NCBI GenBank assembly: GCA_951804945.1
Contig: OX638149.1
Location: 19,034,001-19,098,000, forward strand
Length of the DNA: 64,000 bases
Direction: 5' to 3'
Origin: Podarcis cretensis
Lineage: Eukaryota
The notes beneath the pieces were generated by a model. That model saw nothing but the letters and a program-made list of their open reading frames with translations. It had not been told where the DNA came from and did no database searches. Positions within the stretch are counted from its first letter, which is position 1, and every line of letters begins with the position of its first letter. Positions 13,252 through 21,869 of this stretch are shown here, piece by piece. The translations under genes were made by a program, and so were the position numbers.

Positions 13252-13493
13252 CAGTGGTACCTCGGGTTACATACGCTTCAGGTTACATACACTTCAGGTT
13301 ACAGACTCCGCTAACCCAGAAATATTACCTCGGGTTAAGAACTTTGCTTCAGGATGAGAAAAGAAATTGTGCAGCGGTGGCACAGCGGCAGCGGGAGGCC
13401 CCATTAGCTAAAGTGGTGCTTCAGGTTGAGAACAGTTTCAGGTTAAGAACAGACCTCTGGAATGAATTAAGTTCTTAACCCGAGGTACCACTG
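13252..13493. mobile_element. Tc1/mariner (Tigger/pogo-like) MITE
   Basis: TA|CAGTGGTACCTCGGGTTA...TAACCCGAGGTACCACTG|TA; orphan extra left TIR at 13220. Confidence 0.9.
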
Positions 13494-13524
13494 TAAAACG
13501 TAGTGATGGGAATGCAACCAATGG

Positions 13525-13745
13525 CCCAATTAGTCCAGCATCCTGTTCTCTCAGTGGCCCAATAGATGCCTTTGGGAAACCAGCAAGCCAGATCTGAGCA
13601 CAAGAGCCCTCTCCCTTCCTATGGCTCCCAGCAACTAGTATTTGGAAGCCATCACCATGGCTAGCTAGCAGCCATTGATAGCCATTTCCTCCATTAATTT
13701 GTTCAATTCCCTTTCAAAGTTGATGGCCATCGCTGGCTCCTGTGG
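13525..13745 (-). mobile_element. CR1-type LINE 3' end (second copy ~31100-31325)
   Basis: Shared TAGTCCAGCATC...CAGTGGCC...TAGCCATTGATAGCC motif in both places. Confidence 0.55.
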
Positions 13746-13949
13746 AGGCAACTGCCCCAATTGCTGGTGTTGAAGCAAAATTCAACCACCAGCCTGGTTA
13801 GCGAGATGAGATGATGTCATCCGGTAGATAGTCAGAGATCTAGGGTCAGGCCTGTTTGCTAATAATATGTTACTATGGCAATTTTGTTTTGGAGAGTTGC
13901 AACAGAAGGATCCGAGAAATAGTTGCTTTCCAAGTACAGGCAGTTTCAT

Positions 13950-13999
13950 AGGTCACTAGAATTCAGTGTTTCAGAGGTCACTAGAATTCAGTGTTCCAG
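13950..13999. repeat. 25-bp tandem duplication
   Basis: AGGTCACTAGAATTCAGTGTT(T/C)CAG twice. Confidence 0.9.
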
Positions 14000-14587
14000 A
14001 TGGACTGATTCATCCCGCTTAGAACTTGCTGAATTTCCACCCGTGTTTGATTGAAAACTTCTTGCTAGGTTATGTGAGTAGGCCAGCACTAGCCAGAATC
14101 TGGTCGCATTGAATGCCCAGGATTAATATTGTTCTTTAAGCAGTGAGAAGGTCCAAGGCATAACAGTTGTCCAGGTTTGCTTCCCTTTGGAAAGAGGTCA
14201 TAAAAATATGAGAGGAACCCTACTGGATAAATGTTGTGCTGCAGACCCTCTCACTGATCCAACAATAGCAAAAAGGGCATGCAGGTGAGGGGAGCTGAAT
14301 TCTCTCCATCCCCCTTACTGCCCTCCAATCCCTTTCCCCAATCACTTTTGTGTCAGCAAGTCTCCCTTGGCTGGGAGAAAAGTACCTGAGCCGATGTGGT
14401 GCAGTGGTTAGAGCCTTGTCCTAGCGAGTGCCTCACGCAAAGCCTCACTCAGGGATAAAGCTAACTGGGGTCCCCAGCCTTGGACCATGGCCTAACCTAC
14501 CTCACAGGGTTGTTGGGAAGATAAGACAGGAAGGGAGAAAATCATGTAAGCTGCTTTGAGCTTGAGTGAAAGGTGGAACATGCATAT

Positions 14588-15035
14588 TGTTCAGCTGTAC
14601 GATACCCCAGTCCCTTCTAATTCCTGGATCCAGCAAGGGTTAAAATCTAATGGAGGATCCCTCTGTTGAATTAGTCAGGCAAGAGCCATCATGCCCCCTA
14701 AGTATGGATCATTGTGCCAGAGGTCAAATGTGTGGGCCCCTTCCCTCACCTGGCTGGTAATGAAAAGGACAACAGCCAGAAGTTCTAGCTGGGCTAGAAG
14801 CAGGCTGCCGGCAGAAGCCTGAGAGTGAGAGACATCCTTGATTTCTGCTTGAATCCAAGGCTACGGGAGAAGCAAGACCTTCCAGGGGATTGATGCTGTG
14901 AACTCCTCCATCATAGGCTCAGGTCTAAGTAATCCATATATCATAAAGACAATGTCCCACATTCCAAGGAAACAAAACCCCAGGTAAGTGCCTGGAACCT
15001 TGCAGCGCTCGTGGACTGGGGTGTGCTGTGCAACA
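14588..15035. mobile_element. Possible solo LTR
   Basis: TGTT...AACA termini with near-TSD ATAT/GTAT. Confidence 0.45.
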
Positions 15036-15649
15036 GTATAATCAGTAAATCAGCTCCCTTGACTTCCATGCAACTTTACAAAACCCAACGCCCACCTCCT
15101 TATGTCTACATGATGGCTTTGGGTTTGTTTTGTTTTTTGCATGTTAAAAAGCACAGGCCTCCCGCAGTCAAGTCTATCCGGGCTTTGATTCTGCATCCGG
15201 ACTTCCCTTTCGCCTGGCCTTTGGCTTCTTATGCTCCTTTGCACCTGCGATTCCTTTTTGTCCAGGTACGGCAACCCTGCTTTCCATCTGCTCTGCTCAA
15301 TTCAGGCTCTTATCAGCAGCTTCGCCGTGTGATCTTGGCATCAGGTGTGGCCCAGGGTCACTCTCTGAAATTATCCCTGCCTAGTACCTACCTGTCCAGA
15401 TCCTGGGTCTGATTTCACAATTGTCCTTGGCCGCCACATGCCCCCCCTTCCCCCCCCCTTCCAGGGCAGGTGTTTTGCTTAACCCTTTCTGCACTGGATG
15501 TGATGCATCTTTCACATGAAGGCAGGTTAGCAAAACCCTCGAGTCTGGTTTTCGCTGGTTTTCCTTTCACACACTTTCCTGCCATTTTTAAAAATAAAAA
15601 TGTATCTATTGAACATTTCCCAAGACAATAATGTCCACTCTACATTATA

Positions 15650-15790
15650 AAGAGCTTATGACCTACCTACCCTCAGCAGCCAGAAGCGTCATAGCCAGAC
15701 ACAGGATGGACCTGTCAAGAGTAAAGATGGACCACTGGTACCAAATCGTATGGGAAACAGCCTTACTAGAAAAAGCTAACCAATAAGGAA
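15650..15790 (+). mobile_element. L1 ORF2 C-terminal fragment
   Basis: Reads TYL.SAARSVIARH...DHWYQIVWETALLEKLT, like the non-mammalian L1 AAR..IA..WK...W...EKL motif. Confidence 0.5.
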
Positions 15791-15889
15791 ATATAATAAA
15801 TGAATAGAAAGAGAACCTACCTAAGTGAAGCTGACATAAAACCCCCACAAATGCACTAAGTATTACCACCCTCCCCTCTTCTTCTTCTT

Positions 15890-16140
15890 CCAGTGTGGTG
15901 TAGTGGTTAAGAGTGGTAGTCTCATAATCCTGGGGAACCGGGTTCGCGTCTCTGCTCCTCCACATGCAGCTGCTGGGTGACCTTGGGCCAGTCACACTTC
16001 TTTGAAGTCTCTCAGCCCCACTCACCTCACAGAGTGTTTGTTGTGGGGGAGGAAGGGAAAGGAGAATGTTAGCCGCTTTGAGACTCCTTAAAGGGAGTGA
16101 AAGGCGGGATATCAAATCCAAACTCTTCTTCTTCTTCTTC
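15890..16140 (+). mobile_element. tRNA-derived SINE (Squam3-like)
   Basis: Same consensus; (TTC)n tail. Confidence 0.85.
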
Positions 16141-16306
16141 CCCAATTTTATTCTGCATACAACACTAACGTCTCACTTCTAATGTGAAAATGATTCTACT
16201 GAAAAAAGATTCTACTGATTCTACTGAAAAAAGAGACAAGGCATGTACTTTTGTAAACCAAGAAAATCTTTAATTATTTTTTTAAATGCATCTATATGTT
16301 TACTTA

Positions 16307-16670
16307 GGGACGCGGGTGGCGCTGTGGGTAAAACCTCAGTGCCTAGGACTTGCCGATCCCATGGTCGGCGGTTCGAATCCCCGTGGTGGAGTGAGCTCCC
16401 ATCTTTCGGTCCCAGCTCCTGCCCACCTAGCAGTTCGAAAGCACCCCCAAGTGCAAGTAGATAAATAGGTACCACTTTATAGCGGGAAGGTAAACGGCGT
16501 TTCCATGTGCTGCGCTGGTGCTGGCTCACCAGAGCAGCTTTGTCACGCTGGCCACGTGACCTGGAAGTGTCTCCGGACAGCGCTGGCCCCCGGCCTCTTA
16601 AGTGAGATGGGCGCACAACCCTAGAGTCGGACACGACTGGCCCGTACGGGCAGGGGTACCTTTACCTTTT
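16307..16670 (+). mobile_element. Sauria SINE, second subfamily, full length
   Basis: 14-bp TSD TATATGTTTACTTA (16293-16306, 16671-16684). Confidence 0.95.
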
Positions 16671-17028
16671 TATATGTTTACTTATGGTATCTATAAGTTG
16701 CCCAATAACTCAAGTTTTATGGGGCAGCTTACAGTAAAAGTTAAAAACAGTTGCATGCATCCATAAAGCAATGAAATCCAAACCAGAGTAAAGCCAGGAG
16801 CGGAGGTTAATTACCCTAAAACAAAGCTCACGGCAGCACCTAAGATTCTCAGGTCTCAAAACACAGAAATATCCAAAAGGCATAAATACTAAAAATTATT
16901 AAAGTGGCAGGAATGGGACAGCATGAGAAAATTCAAAAAGCTTTTTCACCCTTGTTGCTGAAAAGACTACACTGCAGATAGATACTAGGCAAGGTTTGAT
17001 GAGTAGCACCTCTCATTTGCGGGGGCAC

Positions 17029-17029
17029 A

Positions 17030-17075
<46 letters not shown>
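17029..17075. repeat. (ATT)n microsatellite
   Basis: Direct read; others at ~28066-28109 and ~57226-57253. Confidence 0.95.
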
Positions 17076-17076
<1 letters not shown>

Positions 17077-17308
17077 AATTGCAGTTAATTTACTAATTGC
17101 CTTCTAAACCACTGTCTAAAGGTGATTTACATTTTGAGAAGGGCCTCAAAATCTCTCAGAGTGGTAGCAGGTGTAAACGTTGCTGGATGGTTAAGGTACA
17201 TAAGCAAAAGGGACACAGTGAAGGTGAGTCCAATTTAAATATTTTTAAATTTAAAAAATACCAGATTTCACTCTGGGGTATTAGCCCCACGGAATTCTAA
17301 GAATTAAA

Positions 17309-17666
17309 AAAGGTAAAGGGTAACGGGACCCCTGACCATGAGCTCCAGTCGTGACCGACTCTGGGGTTGCGGCGCTCATCTCGCTTTACTGGCTGAGGGA
17401 GCCGGCGTACAGCTTCCGGGTCATGTGGCCAGGATGACTAAGCCGCTTCTGGTGAACCAGAGCAGTGCACGGAAATGCCGTTTACCTTCCCGCCGGAGCG
17501 GTAACTATTTATCTACTTGCACTTTTGCGTACTTTCGAACTGCTAGGTTGGCAGGAGCAGGGACCGAGCAACGGGAGCTCACCCCGTCGCGGGGATTCGG
17601 ACCGCCGACCTTCTGATCGGCGAGTCCTAGGCTCTGTGGTTTAACCCACAGCACCACCTGCCTCCC
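17309..17666 (-). mobile_element. Sauria SINE
   Basis: Full head-to-tail consensus on the minus strand. Confidence 0.92.
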
Positions 17667-18030
17667 ATTTCAGTAAGGATTACTTACTAGTAAACATGCA
17701 TAGGGAATAGTTTGCATGAAACCCAGAACAGTAGTTAGGACACGACCAGCAATGGGGCATATGAACTACAAAAGAAATTGTGTTGTTTTCAAGTACAAAT
17801 CAGGTGGCGCCAGAAGGTTTATGCGGTGAGCAGCTTTGCAAGTCATGGTGATGGTGCATAGAGTTGCATTTCTTGTTTCTTCTCCATTTGATCCAAAATA
17901 GACCTTCAATCTTCACCCTAGATATAAAGACATCCACTAGAAGTGAGAAGTACAGAAAGGAAACACAAGCCTTCCTGCATCTCTGATCCTGTAGCAAAAG
18001 GACACTCTTACAGCCTGGTGCTTTTCTAAC

Positions 18031-18212
18031 TGTTATGTACAAAGCTTGGATCCTAGAACAATAGGCAGGTAGGATCCTAGAATGCAACAACTGATTGGCT
18101 GATTCTGCTTCCCTCCTGGAGCCTGATTGGTCTTCTCCTGCAGGTCAATCAGTTGTTGCATTCTAAGATCCTACCTGCCTATTGTTCTAGGATCCAAGCT
18201 TAGTACATAATA
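18031..18212. mobile_element. Fold-back element with 67-bp inverted arms related to the adjacent LTR 5' end
   Basis: Arms 18031-18097 and 18146-18212 are reverse complements with ~3 mismatches; flanked by CTAAC/CTTAC. Confidence 0.85.
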
Positions 18213-18217
18213 CTTAC

Positions 18218-18484
18218 TGTTATGTACTGAGCTGAATCCTAGATCAATAGGATTCAGAATGCAGCAGTCTGATTGGTCCACAGAAGCCACCCAATCCAGC
18301 TCCAGGTGAAAGTGAACCAGCAACCTGATTGGCCTGCAGGAGCAGCCCGGAATTAGCGAATCACACGGGGCCCGTGGTGCAAATAATGTATATATAGCTA
18401 GATGTTTTGGGGAAAGTTTCATTAATTGCTACTATGAGCTGAATAAAGAACATGAAATTCACACTCGACTCCGAGTATATTTCA
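18218..18484 (+). mobile_element. Solo LTR (267 bp, 5-bp TSD; copia/BEL/gypsy class not resolved)
   Basis: TG...CA termini, perfect TSD CTTAC (18213-18217, 18485-18489), multiple CCAAT/ATTGG, TATATATA ~18389, AATAAA ~18442. Confidence 0.85.
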
Positions 18485-19379
18485 CTTACCTTAGTGCAGG
18501 TGAGCCTGGGGCTTTCCAGGTGTTATTGGCCTCCTGTCAGCCCCAGCCAGTGACCCTCCAATGTCGTTGGACTACAATTCCCACCAGCCCCAGCCAGCAT
18601 GGCCAATGGTCAGGAATGATGGGAGCTGGAACAGAGCCAGGTCTCTGCTATGGGGGCTGTAGCAATACTACCTTTCCCCACAATGCAGATAACACGAAAG
18701 GCACATAGCTTTGCTCAGTGACCCCGGGGTTTTCCTCTTCCTCAGTTTTCCAAGGCTCTGCTCATGTGGTTCCAGATTTCCTATGCTGGTGCTTCTCCCC
18801 GTGCCCCCCCCCAAAAAAAAAATAGGTGGCGGAACTCACCATGAAGTTGTTAAAGTATGTCACCAGGTGACTCAGAGCAGCCCTGAACAGGCGCCAGTTT
18901 GACAACAGCTACGTTCACCACCTGTGGAGGTGCTGAAAACTATGCCAAGCTGCCTCCCTAGCTGGTTTGGGGGTCACCCCAGGTTCCGGCACAGGTCAAA
19001 TAAATATGCCCCCACCTCCCTCGTTCTCTTAGATTCAGGCAAATGGCCAGGGCAGCTCAGAAAGGCTACTGTCTCCACCCCCCATCGTTCTACCCGGACA
19101 CTGAGGTCCAGCACCGAGAGCGTTCTGGCAGTTCCCTCACTGCGAGAAGCTAAGCTACAGGGAACCAGGCGGAGGGCCTTCTCGGTAGTGGTGCCCGCCC
19201 TGTGGAATGCCTTCCCACCAGATGTCAAAGAGAACAACAACTACCAGACTTTTAGAAAACATCTGAAGGCAGCCCTGTTTAGGGAAGCTTTTAATGTTTG
19301 ATGTGTTACAGTATTTTAATATTTTTTGGGAAGCCGCCCAGAGTGGCTGGGGACAGCGGCGTAGCGTGGGTTGTCAGCA

Positions 19380-19525
19380 CCCGGGGCAAGGCAAGTAATT
19401 TGCACCCCCTAACCCGGGGCAAGGCAAGTAATTTGTGCCCCCTAACCTGGGGCAAGGCAAGCAATTTGCACCCCCTAACCCAGGGCAAGGCAAGTAATTT
19501 GCGCCCCTAACCCCTAACCCCTAAC
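19380..19525 (+). repeat. 33-bp tandem repeat x4 followed by (CCCCTAA)-type repeats
   Basis: Unit CCCGGGGCAAGGCAAGTAATTTGCACCCCCTAA starting at 19380, 19413, 19446 and 19479. Confidence 0.92.
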
Positions 19526-19858
19526 CTGCCGCCGCTGCCAGCTTCTTCTTGCTGCTGCCTGGGCTGGGGTATTTACGGTAAGGTAGCCACGGCGGCGGTG
19601 GTGGGTCCGTGTCAGGTGATCTGAGGCGAGTTGCCGCTGGCGCTGCTGCCCAAACGACGCCGCTTGCCCGGAGGAGGAGGAGGGCAGAGAGGTGAGGAAA
19701 ATGCAACATGGCCCAGCAGCTGCAGCGGCGGCGGCAGCAGGGCTGTGAGGAGGCCCTCCGCGGCCCTGATGCGCGGGGACCGCGGAGAGCGCTGAGAGCC
19801 GCTGCCTGCCGGACGCCTTCAGCCCGGACGCGTGCACAGCTTGTCGGTTCCGCGAGAC

Positions 19859-19912
19859 ATGGGGCTCTGCTACAGCCTGCGCCCGAGGCTCTTCGGCGAC
19901 TCCGGAGGCGGT
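19859..19912 (+). pseudogene. GNAL: Captured fragment of GNAL XL-isoform (XLGalpha-olf) first coding exon
   Basis: Translates MGLCYSLRPRLFGDSGGG; the recalled human XLGolf N-terminus is MGLCYSLRPLLFGG (12/13 identical). No further GNAL sequence; lies inside the hAT element. Confidence 0.8.
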
Positions 19913-20063
19913 GAGCACGCCCACCCAGATGTTGCGGCCGGTGCGGCCGGCCCCCCCTGCACCCCCCACGCTATGCCACTGGCTGGGGAAGCCCAGCCAG
20001 ATGGGCAGGGTATAAATAATAAATTATTATTATTATTATTACTGTATTATTATTACCCATGTG

Positions 20064-20283
20064 CACTGGCAGACGAAGGTGGGGGCGGGGGGGTGGTCTG
20101 CCCCAGCTGCCATCCCAGGGGGTTGACGTCACGACTGCCCCCCGGGACGCTCGCCGCTTGCAGGGCATACCCCGACACACACCACACCCTCCATGGGTTG
20201 CGCGTCACGCCCCTGGGACACATGCCAGCCACGCCCCCAGATTTATGCCGCTCCCGGTGCTGGAGCAGGTAGCTCCACCACTG
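20064..20283. mobile_element. hAT-type MITE
   Basis: 8-bp TSD CCCATGTG (20056-20063, 20284-20291); degenerate CA(C/G)TGG termini. Confidence 0.75.
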
Positions 20284-21267
20284 CCCATGTGTGCTGGCAA
20301 GCTTAAAGCCTGCCACCAGTACACAGGAGATGAATGGAAGAAAAGCAAATACAAACTGCCCACTCTACCCCGTAGCTTGACCAATTGCAGCCAGGAGAGG
20401 CTAGGAGCTAGATCTTCAAATAGTGCAGGCGCGCACATGCTAGCCAGCTTCTGTTTTGACTTGAAATGTTTGTTTTGGGCTTCTCAGAAGTACGTGAAGG
20501 CAAGAAACAGCTAGGGTGAGTGTTGGCCTGCAATGGCCTCCCACCTGAGAGGCTGAAGAAAAGCACTGCTAGAGGACCAGGCTACGCTGGCAACCCTTTG
20601 TGCATTTACATTGGACACGTGCATCTTTATCTTCCTGCTCTTCTCCTCTGCAGAAAGAGTTAAGTGGAACTTGGTACTTCAGGGTTATCTGGAACTCTTG
20701 TTTACAAGCAATAAACATTCTACCATTCCTGGCTGATATATATGGTCAATACAGACCTGGAGAGCTGTGTATAAAATAGCCTTTTAAGTCTTCTCCAATC
20801 CATAGTGTTTCATTGACAAGGAGAAAACATCAAAGGCTGAACTGATGCCAGACCCCAACATTTCCATCTAATATGCTGTTGCCAAACTCACCAGAAATTC
20901 AAATTTTCATGGGGGGGGGGGGCATTAGCTCTTTATGCTTTAAATAGGCTGACAGGTGGAATAGTGATGGTAGCTGGGCTTGTGCGGCACAATGAATGGA
21001 AAATGTAATAAAATATAAATAAAGCCAGACGTTAAAGTGTGGGGGCAAGGTGAGGGCATGTTGCAAATTTGTTATTTAAAAGCAGGAATGCCTGACCTGT
21101 TGCCTTTCAGATGTTGTTGGATTGCAGTTGCCTTCAGGTACATTGGCTAGCATGCCCAATGGTCAGGGATGATGGCGGTTGAGTCCAGCAACATCCGGGA
21201 AGGTACTCCTGGCTGTTATAGATAGCCATCTCCAGCCATGCTCAAAGGTGGCCTTTGAAAGGAACTG

Positions 21268-21412
21268 GCTGAGGACAGCTGAGTTGGTAAAGCATGCGAT
21301 TCTTAATCTCAGGGTTTGAGCCCCACATTGGGCAAAAGTATTCCTGCACTGCAGGCGGTTGGACTAGATGACCCTCATGGTCCGTCCCAGCTCTGCAATT
21401 CTGCGGTTCTAT
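21268..21412 (+). mobile_element. tRNA-derived SINE with CR1-type tail (Squam2-like)
   Basis: Head AGCTGAGTTGGTAAAGCA...CTTAATCTCAGGG and tail TTGGACTAGATGACC; partial copy ~31610-31685. Confidence 0.65.
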
Positions 21413-21610
21413 TACCTAAGCACTCCTTATGTGTTATATCACACAACTGGCAAAAAGGCAAGCTGCTGCATAGATTCACTTCTAATCCACAGAACTGGTT
21501 CATCTGTACATATTTCAGTGCTTGATACCGTAGCAGCATCAGACAATGATGGGGCAAGTGTGAATGGGTCGTCAGACTGAAACAGCTTTCAGTGGGGCTC
21601 GTAGTGGTTA

Positions 21611-21861
21611 AGAGCCAGTGTGGTGTAGTGGTTAAGAGCAGTGGACTCGTAATCTGGTTAACTGGGTTCGCGTCTCCGCTCCTCCACATGCAGCTGCTGG
21701 GTGACCTTGGGCTAGTCACACTTCTCTGAAGTCTCTCAGCCCCACTCACCTCACAGAGTGTTTGTTGTGGGGAGAGGAAGGGAAAGGAGATTGTTAGCCG
21801 CTTGAGACTCCTTAGAGTAGTGATAAAGTGGGATATCAAATCCAAACTCTTCTTCTTCTTC
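21611..21861 (+). mobile_element. tRNA-derived SINE (Squam3-like)
   Basis: Same consensus; its (TTC)n tail is the target of the L1-like insertion. Confidence 0.85.
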
Positions 21862-21869
21862 ACACTTTC

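Larger units (their letters stand above)
19354..19981 (+). mobile_element. Non-autonomous hAT DNA transposon with captured host sequence (Pack-type)
   Basis: TIRs CAGCGGCGTAGCGTGG / CCACGCTATGCCACTG. Perfect 8-bp TSD GCTGGGGA (19346-19353, 19982-19989). Splits an L2 3' end. Has subterminal 33-bp repeats and a CpG-rich interior. Confidence 0.9.
19075..20040 (+). mobile_element. L2 LINE 3' end (interrupted by the hAT element at 19354-19981)
   Basis: Translates RTLRSS..LAVPSLREAKLQGTRRRAFSVVVPALWN..P, then a 3' UTR ending in an (ATT)n tail. Same family as 60873-61235. Confidence 0.8.

Noticed and set aside
19380-19511. CRISPR-like array
   Set aside because: Head-to-tail repeats without unique spacers in vertebrate DNA; a minisatellite.
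19504-19525. Interstitial telomere
   Set aside because: Only three 7-nt CCCCTAA units rather than a (CCCTAA)n tract, and they are part of a transposon subterminal array.
19832-20272. 146-aa ORF as a functional GNAL copy
   Set aside because: Similarity ends after ~13-18 codons; the rest reads through the TIR, L2 tail and another MITE; there is no G-alpha domain.
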